A stretch of 54,440 bases of DNA from Bacteroidota bacterium. GTDB taxonomy: Bacteria; Bacteroidota; Bacteroidia; Bacteroidales; Rikenellaceae. Below the pieces are notes generated by a model that was not told where the DNA came from, did no database searches, and worked only from the letters and a program-made list of their open reading frames with translations. The translations under genes were made by a program, and so were the position numbers. This document shows positions 1 through 9,398 of the stretch, piece by piece. The stretch's first letter is position 1. The number at the start of each line of letters is the position of its first letter. Where the stretch lies: assembly GCA_023413645.1 (NCBI GenBank), contig JAEZPN010000017.1:1-54440 (forward strand), read 5' to 3'.

Positions 1-339
1 GCCATCGACATTCTCCGTACAGCTTCATCCGTAAGTATCACAAACGATGAGATTTCAATTCGTGGCAATAGCAATATCCTCGTTTTGCTGGATGACGTGC
101 CAACTACAGCAAGTGACCTTTCGACAATCCCTGCGGCTAACATTCAAAGCATTGATGTCATCACCAACCCCGACGCATCGCACGATGCAGGAGGTACGGG
201 CGGTATCATCAATATTGTCTCAAAGCGCACTCGTGCCGAGGGTTTTAGTGGTATGGTAGCGGCTAACTACGGTTTTAACCACTTTGTTAATGGCAATATT
301 GCCTTGGCACTAAATCGCAAGAAGGTTTCGTCGCTATAA
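1..339 (+). pseudogene. TonB-dependent receptor / outer-membrane beta-barrel family fragment (5' end outside window); stops just after the plug domain
   Basis: Frame +1 is open from base 1 and encodes plug motifs (ISIRGNSNILVLLDD..., IPAANIQSIDVITNPDASHDAGGTGGIINIV). TAA at 337-339 follows only about two barrel strands, and a convergent gene ends at 359, leaving no room for the barrel. Confidence 0.65.
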
Positions 340-358
340 TATGTGTAAGGGTTATAAT

Positions 359-1474
359 TTAGATTTTGCGCGCCACCTCGCGTGCGGCACGCTCCATGTT
401 GGCTATCGCAGTCTCTCGCTGCATGGCAACCTCCGTAGGCTGACCAATGGGTGTTATAGTTTGTATGTCGTGAAATCCTCCCGCAAGAAGCTCTGCGATA
501 TCCTCTACCCTACCGCCAAGTGCCACAACGGGGATAGCAAGGCGCTGTGCTGCACGTAGCACACCCGCAGGAGCCTTGCCGTGGAGTGTCTGCCTATCTA
601 TCGAACCCTCACCCGTAACGACCAACACTGCCCCCTCTGCCCTACGCTCAAAGTCGAGCAACGAGAGCACTATCTCTATACCGGGGCACATACGTGCACC
701 CAGCATGGTATATAGTGCATAGCCCATGCCTCCCGCAGCACCCGCTCCCGCAACCTCAGCGGCTTCGGCATCCACAACCTCGGCATAGTGACGTAGAGCC
801 ATGTCGAGGCGCTCCACCACTTCGGGCGATGCACCCTTCTGAGGTGCGAAGATATGCGCTGCACCCGTTGGTCCATATAGCGGATTATCGACATCTACAG
901 CCGCAGTGAAACGCACGCCCATCAATAGAGGATGACGCTCCGCAGTCGAGATGCTTGCCACACGCTTCAATATCGAAATCGTGTCGCAGAGTTCCTCGCC
1001 CGTGGCATCGTAGAAGCGGTAGCCAAGGGCACGCATCATGCCTACGCCGCAGTCGTTCGTGGCACTACCTCCCAAGCCCATTATAATCTTGCGACAGCCG
1101 CGCTCCAGAGCATCTACAATCAACTCGCCCGTGCCATAAGTGGAGGCGACAAGGGGGTTGCGTTCCTCGGGCTTCAGCAGCGTTATACCGCTCGCCGAGG
1201 ACATGGCTATAACCGCCGTATCTCCCTCGTTTATAAGTGCGTAGCGTGCCTCAACCTTACGACCAAGAGGGTCACTCACAACTCTTGACACCATCACGCC
1301 ACCCACACCCTCGCATATAGCCTCGGCCATGCCCTCGCCACCATCGGCAATAGCGAGCACCTCGACATCGGCATCGGGGCACTCCGCGATAAAGCCACGA
1401 CGGAATGCCTCGCCCGCCTCGCGTGAGGTGAGTGAGCCCTTGAATGAGTCAAATGCAGCGATAATGCGTGTCAT
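359..1474 (-). CDS. glxK: Glycerate kinase (GlxK/GarK family)
   Basis: Motifs DSFKGSL, ADGGEG, GLGGSATND, GAGAAGG, TGEG..D.QT..GK.P. Start set to ATG 1474 (MTRIIAAFDS). Confidence 0.92.
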   Translation of the reverse strand: MTRIIAAFDSFKGSLTSREAGEAFRRGFIAECPDADVEVLAIADGGEGMAEAICEGVGGVMVSRVVSDPLGRKVEARYALINEGDTAVIAMSSASGITLLKPEERNPLVASTYGTGELIVDALERGCRKIIMGLGGSATNDCGVGMMRALGYRFYDATGEELCDTISILKRVASISTAERHPLLMGVRFTAAVDVDNPLYGPTGAAHIFAPQKGASPEVVERLDMALRHYAEVVDAEAAEVAGAGAAGGMGYALYTMLGARMCPGIEIVLSLLDFERRAEGAVLVVTGEGSIDRQTLHGKAPAGVLRAAQRLAIPVVALGGRVEDIAELLAGGFHDIQTITPIGQPTEVAMQRETAIANMERAAREVARKI

Positions 1475-1503
1475 GGTGCGTGGTTTTGAAATCTTTTCAA
1501 CCA

Positions 1504-1541
1504 CAAATATAAGGATTATTCAGCGAATATTCCTATCTTTG
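1504..1541. promoter_or_regulatory. Divergent Bacteroidetes -7 promoter elements (TAnnTTTG) for glxK and pepN
   Basis: TATATTTG on the minus strand (1504-1511) and TATCTTTG on the plus strand (1534-1541). Confidence 0.6.
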
Positions 1542-1575
1542 TGAGTGCAGTTTTCAGATAAAACCTATTTCTACT

Positions 1576-4383
1576 ATGAAACGACTCAAAACGCTTATAC
1601 TTATTTCATTTGTGACGCTCCTCTCGCTATCTGCGGTTAGCGCCCAAAATCACCGCTACGATGCGGGTGTAAGTCGCGAGCTTGCCGAGTGGCGCAAGGC
1701 TACGATTAAGGATGTGAGGTATGGACTATATTTCGACCTTGTGGAGGATAGAGGCGTGGCGTGGCTACGCTTCAACCTCGATGCACCCCAGGAGGTTATC
1801 ATAGATTTTCGCAATACCGACCTTGTGCGCGATGTTACTTTGTCGGATAGTGGGGAGAGCATACACAACGAGTGTACACTTGCTAACGAGCATATCGTTG
1901 TGCCAGCAAGCGAGACTCGCGCGGGTATAAACGGCATAGGCATCATATTCTCCGTTGACAACCAGTCGCTTAACCGCAAACCCGACTTCCTATATACGCT
2001 GCTTGTGCCCGACCGTGCCCGCACCCTCTTTCCATGTTTCGACCAGCCCGATATGAAAGCGACATACGAGCTACATCTCGCAATACCAGAGGACTGGGTC
2101 GCTATTTCGAATACCGCAACTCGCGAGTTGGACTATGTGAAGGAGTGGAGCGATTACTATTTCGATGAACCACTTGCCGAGGATATGAAGGTTGTGAGCT
2201 TCGAGCCCACAGAGCCTTTGAGCACCTACCTCTTCTCGTTCGTGGCGGGTAAGTTCGATAGTCGCACCTACGACGACGGTAACCACCGCTTCACGGCATA
2301 CTACCGCGAGACCGACCCCAAGCGCCTTGCGCAGCTCGACACCATCTTTGAGCAGGTGGCGGCATCGTTGGAGTGGTTGGAGGAGTACACGGGCATCCCA
2401 TACCCCTTTGCCAAGTACGACCTTATCATGCTCCCTGGCTTCCAGTATGGCGGCATGGAGCATACGGGAGCTACGCTCTACAACGACAGCCAGATGTTCC
2501 TCGGCGAGAACCCCACGCTCGATGAGGAGCTTCGCCGCATACAGCTTATTGCACACGAAACGGCGCATATGTGGTTTGGCGACTACGTAACGATGGAGTG
2601 GTTCAACGACGTCTGGACAAAGGAGATATTCGCGAACTACTTTGCTGCACGCATGACCGAGCCCCTATTCCCCGATGTCAACCACCGCCTGAACAACCTT
2701 AAGACATACACCCATGCGGCATACAACGAGGATCGCACAGCGGGTCGCACCGCCATACGTCAAGAGCTTGACAACCTGAACAATGCGGGACTTATCTACG
2801 GACAGACAATCTACAACAAAGCCCCCATCGTGATGGAGAAGATTGTGGAGCTTATGGGCGAGGAGGCCTTCCGCGCGGGTATTCAGGAGTATTTGCAGAC
2901 CTACGCCTACGGCAACGCCACATGGAACGACCTTGTGGCAATACTCGACAAGCACAGCAAGGAGGATATCGCCACATTCAGCGAGGCGTGGGTCGAGAAG
3001 CCCTATATGCCAATGATTTACTTCACCCACAAAAGAGGCCGCTACCATATTGTCGACAACAACGCGCCATGGCGACAGCGCTACAACTGCTATGTGGAGT
3101 ATAAGAACGGCAAGACGGAGATTATCGAGGTGGAGACAAAGCTCGGTCAGGGTCACATCAAGTTTCCTCGCAACGCCGAGGTCGTCATTCCCAACTGCAA
3201 TGGCCGAGGCTATGGACTCTTTGTGTTGCCCAAGGAGACAGCCGCGTGGATGATGAACAATATTGGCGAGGTAGAGGATGACCTTATGCGCCAGTCGATG
3301 GTGACGATGCTCAACGAGGTCTACGAGTGGCGTAATATTGAGACAGAGTGCAGTGTGTACGAGTGGCTCGACTTCCTTATCGACTACATCCCGCGCGAGG
3401 AGAACTACCTCGTGGCCTCTACGCTCAACGGCTACCTCACGAAGCCGATGCTCGAGGTGGGCACGGCCGAAGATGAGGCGCGCCTCTGGGAGATAGCAAC
3501 GACGTGTGACAACCCTGCCCTCAGCCGCCGCCTGAAGATGACACTTGCCCATGTTATGCGCTCGGAGGAGGTATGTGATGTGATGTACGATATGTGGAAG
3601 ACAAAGAGCGACGCCATGCTCAATGAGAGTGATTACATGACACTCGCTTATGAGCTTGCGGTGCGCTATCCCGAGCGCTACGACGAGATATACACCACTC
3701 AGCTTGAGCGTATTACGAACCCCGATAGGCGTAACCAGTTCGAGTATATAATCCGCGGTACACACCCCGACGTAGAGGTGCGCGATGCTCTGTTTGAGTC
3801 ACTCATGGAGCCCGAGAATCGCCGCATAGAGCCTTGGACAGCGACGCTACTCAGTTACCTCAACCACCACCTTCGCCAAGATGAGGCCGTGAAGTATATC
3901 TACCGCGGCTTGGAGGAGATGGAGGAGGTGCAGCGCACGGGCGACATCTTCTTCCCCCGCAACTGGGCGGGGGCGCTCCTCGGAGGTCATACGAGCGACA
4001 AGGCAAAAGCCGAGGTGGAGCGCTTCCTATGCGACCACCCCGACTATCCTCGCCTCCTACGCAACAAGATACTACAGGCAGCCGATATGCGCCAGAAAGA
4101 GCATCCTCTCAGCCAGTTACTGCTTCACCCAGATAAGCCCATCAGTGTCGTAACCGCGGGCGTCTGCTTCGGAGAGGACATATTCCAGGGTGGACTCTGG
4201 GAGGCTGGGCGTGCGCGAGAGTATCCACAGATACTTCGGCGAGCTGCTACCCACGAGTGCCCAGTCGTAGTTATCGCCGAGCGCCAAGATGTTGTAGTCA
4301 GAATAGAAGAACAGGAAGAACGACACGCGCAGCTGTCCTGGTTGCTTACCCAACTTCGCCCTGCCGTCTGTGATGCGCAGTAG
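1576..4383 (+). CDS. pepN: M1-family aminopeptidase N with signal peptide; C-terminus extends antisense into the lipocalin gene
   Basis: ARTLFPCFDQPDMKA, GGMEH (GAMEN-like), HETAH-x18-E zinc motif, YNKA catalytic Tyr region, N-terminal hydrophobic signal. Confidence 0.92.
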   Translation: MKRLKTLILISFVTLLSLSAVSAQNHRYDAGVSRELAEWRKATIKDVRYGLYFDLVEDRGVAWLRFNLDAPQEVIIDFRNTDLVRDVTLSDSGESIHNECTLANEHIVVPASETRAGINGIGIIFSVDNQSLNRKPDFLYTLLVPDRARTLFPCFDQPDMKATYELHLAIPEDWVAISNTATRELDYVKEWSDYYFDEPLAEDMKVVSFEPTEPLSTYLFSFVAGKFDSRTYDDGNHRFTAYYRETDPKRLAQLDTIFEQVAASLEWLEEYTGIPYPFAKYDLIMLPGFQYGGMEHTGATLYNDSQMFLGENPTLDEELRRIQLIAHETAHMWFGDYVTMEWFNDVWTKEIFANYFAARMTEPLFPDVNHRLNNLKTYTHAAYNEDRTAGRTAIRQELDNLNNAGLIYGQTIYNKAPIVMEKIVELMGEEAFRAGIQEYLQTYAYGNATWNDLVAILDKHSKEDIATFSEAWVEKPYMPMIYFTHKRGRYHIVDNNAPWRQRYNCYVEYKNGKTEIIEVETKLGQGHIKFPRNAEVVIPNCNGRGYGLFVLPKETAAWMMNNIGEVEDDLMRQSMVTMLNEVYEWRNIETECSVYEWLDFLIDYIPREENYLVASTLNGYLTKPMLEVGTAEDEARLWEIATTCDNPALSRRLKMTLAHVMRSEEVCDVMYDMWKTKSDAMLNESDYMTLAYELAVRYPERYDEIYTTQLERITNPDRRNQFEYIIRGTHPDVEVRDALFESLMEPENRRIEPWTATLLSYLNHHLRQDEAVKYIYRGLEEMEEVQRTGDIFFPRNWAGALLGGHTSDKAKAEVERFLCDHPDYPRLLRNKILQAADMRQKEHPLSQLLLHPDKPISVVTAGVCFGEDIFQGGLWEAGRAREYPQILRRAATHECPVVVIAERQDVVVRIEEQEERHAQLSWLLTQLRPAVCDAQ

Positions 4384-4629
4384 TCCCGTTTTGGAGTCTA
4401 TGCCGCTATTACGCACCGCAATCCTGCCATCGGGCTCGAGGGTGTAGAATGCCTCGCAACGCTCCATGTTACGCTCGAAGCGGTGGTCATAGCGTGCCAA
4501 CTCATACCAGCGGCCCATGTATCGCTTAATGTCGAGGTTATCGACGGTGGTTACATTGATACTCTGCGCCTTACACGACGAGGCCGACAAGAGGATTACT
4601 GCCATAACAATAGTGTAGATGTATCTCAT
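4117..4629 (-). CDS. blc: Bacterial lipocalin (Blc-like lipoprotein)
   Basis: RYMGRWYELAR (GxWY), YDWALVG, YLWILSRTP motifs; lipoprotein-like signal ending in SSC. Start set to ATG 4629. Confidence 0.88.
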   Translation of the reverse strand: MRYIYTIVMAVILLSASSCKAQSINVTTVDNLDIKRYMGRWYELARYDHRFERNMERCEAFYTLEPDGRIAVRNSGIDSKTGLLRITDGRAKLGKQPGQLRVSFFLFFYSDYNILALGDNYDWALVGSSSPKYLWILSRTPSLPESTLEYVLSEADARGYDTDGLIWVKQ

Positions 4630-4683
4630 AAGCGTTGTGTTTGCAACCAAATAAACATATATAGTGCCAACTCATCGCTACGA

Positions 4684-4715
4684 TTTGCATTTTTGGTTAA
4701 AAGGTGCTATCTTTG
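4684..4715 (+). promoter_or_regulatory. Bacteroidetes sigma-A promoter of purC (-33 TTTG / -7 TATCTTTG)
   Basis: TTTG at 4684-4687, 20 nt spacer, TATCTTTG at 4708-4715, ATG at 4745. Confidence 0.7.
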
Positions 4716-4744
4716 TGTTTTAGAAACTAAATACACTTCAAAAT

Positions 4745-5689
4745 ATGAACGCTATTGTAAAGAACGATTTTCAGTTCGAGGGCCAGAAGGGTCACTATGT
4801 AGGTAAGGTACGCGACGTATATAACATCAACGACGACTACCTCGTGATGGTTGTGTCGGACCGCATCTCAGCTTTCGACGTTGTACTTCCCAAGGGTATC
4901 CCCTTCAAGGGTCAGGTATTGAACCAGATTGCTGCTAAGTTCCTCGATGCTACAACAGACATCCTTCCCAACTGGAAGATTGGCGTGCCCGATCCTATGG
5001 TAACTGTAGGTCACCGCTGCGAGCCCTACAAGGTCGAGATGGTTATTCGTGGCTACCTCTCTGGTCACGCATGGAGAGAGTATAAGGCAGGCAAGCGCAC
5101 CATCTGTGGCGTAGCAATGCCCGACGGCATGGTAGAGAACCAGAAGTTCCCCGAGCCTATCATCACCCCCACCACAAAGGCTGACGAGGGTCACGACGAG
5201 GATATCTCAAAGGAGGAGATCATCTCTCAGGGCCTCGTATCACGCGAGGAGTACGAGCAGTTGGAGGCATACACACGTGCTATCTTCCAGCGCGGTACCG
5301 AGATTGCGGCTAAGATGGGTCTTATCCTCGTAGATACAAAGTATGAGTTCGGCAAGAAGAACGGCACCATCTACCTCATGGACGAGATTCACACTCCCGA
5401 CTCATCACGCTACTTCTACAAGGAGGGTTACGAGGAGCGCCTCGCTAAGGGCGAGAAGCAGAAGCAGCTCTCTAAGGAGTTCGTTCGCGAGTGGTGGATG
5501 GAGAATGGCTTCCAGGGCCAGGAGGGTCAGCAGGTTCCCGATATGACACCCGAGGTTGTTGCAGGCATCACAGAGCGCTACATCGAGTTGTTCGAGGCTG
5601 TTACAGGCGAGAAGTTCGTACGCGCTGAGGATGGCGACATCGAGGCCCGCATCGAGAAGAACGTATCGGAGTACCTCAAGACTTTGTAG
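4745..5689 (+). CDS. purC: Phosphoribosylaminoimidazolesuccinocarboxamide (SAICAR) synthase
   Basis: [49 protein letters not shown] motifs. Confidence 0.96.
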   Translation: MNAIVKNDFQFEGQKGHYVGKVRDVYNINDDYLVMVVSDRISAFDVVLPKGIPFKGQVLNQIAAKFLDATTDILPNWKIGVPDPMVTVGHRCEPYKVEMVIRGYLSGHAWREYKAGKRTICGVAMPDGMVENQKFPEPIITPTTKADEGHDEDISKEEIISQGLVSREEYEQLEAYTRAIFQRGTEIAAKMGLILVDTKYEFGKKNGTIYLMDEIHTPDSSRYFYKEGYEERLAKGEKQKQLSKEFVREWWMENGFQGQEGQQVPDMTPEVVAGITERYIELFEAVTGEKFVRAEDGDIEARIEKNVSEYLKTL

Positions 5690-5697
5690 TTTAGGCT

Positions 5698-6192
5698 ATG
5701 AAAAAATATATCATGCTACTTGCAGTCCTCTTCGTAGGCATGCAAGTAGCAAGTGCACAGACACTTACCGAGGGTACGGTCGACGTTCTTCGCAATCAGA
5801 GTGTTAAGGTCGTTGTGGACTACTCCAATGCCATTATCATGGACATGACCGAGGCCGAGTTTGCGGAGTATGAGGATGATTGGTACAAGGACCAGCCTAC
5901 TATCATGAGCGACTTCTTGGAGGAGGTAAACCAGAGATCGGGACACCTCTTGTATATGAGCGCACGCAGAGAATCTGACTACACGCTACGATGGAGCGTT
6001 AGGTATATCTACGAGAGCGGCGATATCGTCAGCGACTTCTACCTTGAGAGTGCGGATGGTGAGGTCGTTGCGAAAATCGCAGATGTAGTCGGCGAGGGAA
6101 GCGGATTTGGCACAAAGCTCTACCGCATTAAGAGTGGTGCCGAAAGCACAGGCCGTACGTTAGGCAAGTTTCTCAGTAAACAGCTTAAATAA
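5698..6192 (+). CDS. Hypothetical exported protein
   Basis: 164 aa ORF with a classic signal peptide (MKKYIMLLAVLFVGMQVASAQ), directly after purC. Confidence 0.75.
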   Translation: MKKYIMLLAVLFVGMQVASAQTLTEGTVDVLRNQSVKVVVDYSNAIIMDMTEAEFAEYEDDWYKDQPTIMSDFLEEVNQRSGHLLYMSARRESDYTLRWSVRYIYESGDIVSDFYLESADGEVVAKIADVVGEGSGFGTKLYRIKSGAESTGRTLGKFLSKQLK

Positions 6193-6197
6193 AAATG

Positions 6198-6231
6198 AGG
6201 GGTGTTCGATAATGTCGAACGCCCCTTTATT
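6198..6231 (+). terminator. Probable intrinsic terminator
   Basis: Hairpin AGGGGTGTTCGAT-AAT-GTCGAACGCCCCT followed by TTATT. Confidence 0.55.
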
Positions 6232-6257
6232 GAATCGCAACATAAACACTAACCCAT

Positions 6258-7070
6258 ATGATAGAATTCTTACAAATACAATTTTTTGGTTTTCTCCCAG
6301 CAATCATACTATTTGCTGTCATCGTTGCTCTCGATAGACGCCGCCCCGAGCCCTTCGGACAACTCGTCAAGGCATTCTTCTTTGGTGCTATTCCTGCCGG
6401 CATCATCATCGTCACAGTATTAATAATGGAGTTAGTAGGCATAGGGTTGAACACAGGACCCTTCGCATCGGCATTTTTCAGCGCTGCCATCCCCGAGGAG
6501 GCACTTAAGTTACTGATGTTGTGGTTGGTGCTCCGCAAAAATAAGTACTACGACGAGAAGTTTGACGGCATCGTCTACTCGTGCTGCGTGGGTCTCGGCT
6601 TCGCGGCATTCGAAAATGTTCTCTACCTGATGGACTTCAACATTGCCACAGTCGTCTTACGCGGCACCCTATCTGTTCCTGGACACTTCTTGTACGCCGT
6701 GATGATGGGTTACTTCTACTCGCTTGCTCATTACAACACCAAGCGCCGCAAGTTGAACATGGTTCTAACATTCTTGGTCCCCATGCTTGCCCACGGACTC
6801 TACGACTATGCGCTCATGTCGCTGGAGTATGTCAACGTGTGGTTTGCAATCCTTATCACGTGCGTTGCCTTCCCCGCTATTATAGCAGGCTCGTGGATTA
6901 TATCTATCAAGTTTATTAAGCGCCACCTCACAAGCGACGATGAAGACGAGGCACGCGCCATGGTCGAGGCCGAGGCTATAGCCAAAGCAGAAGCATATAC
7001 TCCGATTGATGTAGAGGTAGAGTCTAATGAGGAGGAGACACCCGCAGAACCCATAGAACCCACAAAATAA
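6258..7070 (+). CDS. prsW: PrsW-family intramembrane glutamic/metallo-protease
   Basis: DRRRPEP, AAIPEEALK, GLGFAAFENVLY, SVPGH and HGLYD motifs; multiple TM helices; acidic tail. Confidence 0.88.
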   Translation: MIEFLQIQFFGFLPAIILFAVIVALDRRRPEPFGQLVKAFFFGAIPAGIIIVTVLIMELVGIGLNTGPFASAFFSAAIPEEALKLLMLWLVLRKNKYYDEKFDGIVYSCCVGLGFAAFENVLYLMDFNIATVVLRGTLSVPGHFLYAVMMGYFYSLAHYNTKRRKLNMVLTFLVPMLAHGLYDYALMSLEYVNVWFAILITCVAFPAIIAGSWIISIKFIKRHLTSDDEDEARAMVEAEAIAKAEAYTPIDVEVESNEEETPAEPIEPTK

Positions 7071-7088
7071 CAAGACGCCCCACTACCC

Positions 7089-7139
7089 AATTTTTCATCA
7101 GAGTGGTGTGGTAGTGGTGCATCACAAAAGAGACCTCCC
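7089..7139 (+). repeat. Partial (left-arm) copy of the ~127 bp hairpin element family
   Basis: AATTTTTCATCAGAGTGGTG... start resembles the family terminus. Bases 7101-7139 recur identically at 7571-7609. Confidence 0.55.
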
Positions 7140-7459
7140 CGCGGAGATTGCCACGGCTTGTTCCAAGCCTCGCAATGACGGTGGATAGTGTGTAGCCAGC
7201 GAGGAGATCCTTCGTTACACTCAGGATGACATAGAGAGCGAGAGATTGCCACGGCTACGCGTGCAACGTCCCCCACAACCTTGCGGGTATACTTTTATAT
7301 ACCCGCGGAGATTGCCACGGCTTGTTCCAAGCCTCGCAATGACATACGCTGTCATTCTGAACGGAGTGAAGAATCTCCTCGAAGCCGACAAGCGACAACC
7401 CGCGTTGATAGCGCATAGTCAGCGAGGGGATCCTTCGTTGCACTCAGGATGACATAGAG
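7138..7459. repeat. Cluster of REP/RPE-like palindromic repeats (GAGATTGCCACG...CTCGCAATGAC and GTCATTCTGA.../...TCAGGATGAC types)
   Basis: Identical 42-mer at 7138-7179 and 7302-7343, partial copy at 7242-7256. 40-mer at 7197-7236 and 7420-7459 (2 mismatches). 7351-7381 pairs with 7423-7453. Confidence 0.8.
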
Positions 7460-7468
7460 CCGGTGTGA

Positions 7469-7540
7469 TAAGGAAACTAAGGAAATTAAGGAACGACTTC
7501 CTAAACTCCCTAAACTCCTTAACATCCCTAAATTCCCTAA
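7469..7540. repeat. Inverted short tandem 9-mer array
   Basis: 3x TAAGGAA(AC/AT/CG) followed by 5x complementary-type units (ACTTCCTAA, ACTCCCTAA, ACTCCTTAA, CATCCCTAA, ATTCCCTAA). Confidence 0.75.
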
Positions 7541-7570
7541 CCGCTCTTCCTCCCTAACCGCGCCTTACTC

Positions 7571-7640
7571 GAGTGGTGTGGTAGTGGTGCATCACAAAAG
7601 AGACCTCCCAAGGATAGTACTCAACGTACAGCCCACGATA
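7571..7640 (+). repeat. Degenerate partial copy of the ~127 bp element
   Basis: 39 bp duplicate of 7101-7139 followed by a decayed core GGATAGTACTCAACGTACAGCCC. Confidence 0.5.
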
Positions 7641-7668
7641 GTTTAGTGATAGGATATTATACCGCCTA

Positions 7669-7795
7669 AATTTCTTGTCAGAAGGGGTTAGGTGTGGCCT
7701 CGACATGAAAATAGCCAGGATGGGACATACTTGACGTATTTCCCATTCTGGCTATTGATTGAGAGGTCGCAAATGACCCCTTATCACAAGAAATT
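7669..7795 (+). repeat. 127 bp long-hairpin intergenic element (MITE/ERIC-like), copy A
   Basis: Terminal IR AATTTCTTGT...ACAAGAAATT; inner stem ATAGCCAGGATGGG/CCCATTCTGGCTAT; end overlaps the proS stop (7794-7796). Confidence 0.88.
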
Positions 7796-9278
7796 AATAT
7801 GATTTTGCGAAAAGTACACGGAACTTCGAAGGCTTACCTGAGAATACGCAAGTACCCTCCTCCTCTACTACGTCCATAGGGATACAGCGGATTGTAGCCT
7901 TTGTAGCATCCTTGATAGCCTGCTCGGTCTCGGGTGTGCCATCCCAGTGTGCTGAGATGAAGCCGCCCTTCTCGTTCAATACCTGCTGGAACTCCTCCCA
8001 AGTGTCAACCTTGGTAATCATAGAGTTGCGGTAGTCGAGAGCCTTCTTGAAGATGTTAGCCTGAATCTCATCGAGGAGGTTTACGATGCGCTCTGTGATA
8101 CCCTCCTGCGATACGATCTCCTTAGAGAGTGTGTCGCGGCGTGCAAGCTCGATAGTGCCATTCTCCATGTCGCGAGGGCCGAGTGCGAGGCGTACGGGTA
8201 CACCCTTCAACTCATACTCCGCAAACTTGAAGCCCGAGCGAACATTATCGCGGCCGTCAACCTTAACAGATACACCCTTTGCGCGAAGCTCCTTTGCCAT
8301 CTCCTCGAGGCGTGCAACAACCTGAAGGCGCTGCTCCTCGCCCTTGTAGATGGGCACCATAACAACCTGGATAGGGGCCAATTTTGGAGGAAGCACAAGA
8401 CCGTTGTTGTCTGAGTGCGCCATGATGAGAGCACCCATAAGGCGTGTTGACACACCCCATGATGTTGCCCAAACATACTCCTGCTTACCCTCCTTGTTTG
8501 TGTACTGCACATCGAAGGCCTTTGCGAAGTTCTGACCGAGGAAGTGCGAAGTACCGCTCTGGAGAGCCTTACCATCCTGCATAAGAGCCTCGATGGTGAG
8601 TGTATCTACGGCACCAGCAAAGCGCTCGTTGGGTGACTTGTGACCCACGATAACGGGGACACCCATCCACTCCTCAGCGAAGGTCTTATATACGTTAATC
8701 ATGCGCTCTGTCTCCTCGATAGCCTCCTGAGCCGTAGCGTGTGCTGTGTGGCCCTCCTGCCAGAGGAACTCTGCGGTACGGAGGAAGAGACGTGTACGCA
8801 TCTCCCAGCGCACTACGTTAGCCCACTGGTTGCAGAGGATAGGTAGGTCGCGGTATGATGTGATCCAGTTCTTGTATGTATTCCAGATGATAGTCTCCGA
8901 TGTGGGGCGCACGATAAGCTCCTCCTCGAGGCGTGCTGCGGGATCTACTACGACCCCCTTACCCTCCTCGTCATTCTTAAGGCGGTAGTGTGTAACCACG
9001 GCGCACTCCTTAGCGAAGCCCTCAACGTGGCTTGCCTCGCGCGAGAAGAACGACTTAGGGATGAAGAGTGGGAAGTATGCGTTCTCGTGTCCTGTCTCCT
9101 TGAACATGCGGTCAAGGACATCGCGCATCTTCTCCCAGATGGCATAGCCATAGGGCTTGATTACCATACAGCCGCGCACTGCTGAGTTCTCAGCAAGACC
9201 AGCCTTGATAACCAAATCGTTATACCACTGCGAGTAGTTCTCGTCGCTCTTGGTCAAATCCTTCAATTCAATTGCCAT
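7794..9278 (-). CDS. proS: Proline--tRNA ligase (archaeal/eukaryote-type, typical of Bacteroidetes)
   Basis: [45 protein letters not shown] motifs and a C-terminal FAKSY. Confidence 0.97.
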   Translation of the reverse strand: MAIELKDLTKSDENYSQWYNDLVIKAGLAENSAVRGCMVIKPYGYAIWEKMRDVLDRMFKETGHENAYFPLFIPKSFFSREASHVEGFAKECAVVTHYRLKNDEEGKGVVVDPAARLEEELIVRPTSETIIWNTYKNWITSYRDLPILCNQWANVVRWEMRTRLFLRTAEFLWQEGHTAHATAQEAIEETERMINVYKTFAEEWMGVPVIVGHKSPNERFAGAVDTLTIEALMQDGKALQSGTSHFLGQNFAKAFDVQYTNKEGKQEYVWATSWGVSTRLMGALIMAHSDNNGLVLPPKLAPIQVVMVPIYKGEEQRLQVVARLEEMAKELRAKGVSVKVDGRDNVRSGFKFAEYELKGVPVRLALGPRDMENGTIELARRDTLSKEIVSQEGITERIVNLLDEIQANIFKKALDYRNSMITKVDTWEEFQQVLNEKGGFISAHWDGTPETEQAIKDATKATIRCIPMDVVEEEGTCVFSGKPSKFRVLFAKSY

Positions 9279-9332
9279 ATTCTATATTTTTTTTGTTTAT
9301 TCGTCTCTTACCTATGTAAAAAAGCATAATGC

Positions 9333-9366
9333 GCGACAAAGGTAATAACATTTTACCATTTGTCGC
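9333..9366. promoter_or_regulatory. Inverted repeat between recX and proS containing the proS -7 element (TACCTTTG on minus, 9337-9344); possible terminator or operator
   Basis: GCGACAAAGGTAA (9333-9345) pairs imperfectly with TTACCATTTGTCGC (9353-9366); A-tract on the left, T-tract on the right. Confidence 0.5.
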
Positions 9367-9398
9367 ACACAATTTCCTTTTTTTTATTCTACCTCGCG

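Noticed and set aside
2665..3765. 366 aa antisense ORF inside pepN (also 2071-2568)
   Set aside because: Shadow ORF from codon bias on the opposite strand of a clear gene; no motifs.
5492..5497. WW in the purC motif EFVREWW (usually W-L)
   Set aside because: A single TTG>TGG-type substitution; at most a hint of consensus errors, not interpretable without reads.
7138..7459. Possible CRISPR array or protein-coding ORFs (6806-7276, 7246-7452, 7255-7443)
   Set aside because: Repeats are of two interleaved types with irregular spacing; the ORFs are translations of palindromic repeats with no coding signature.
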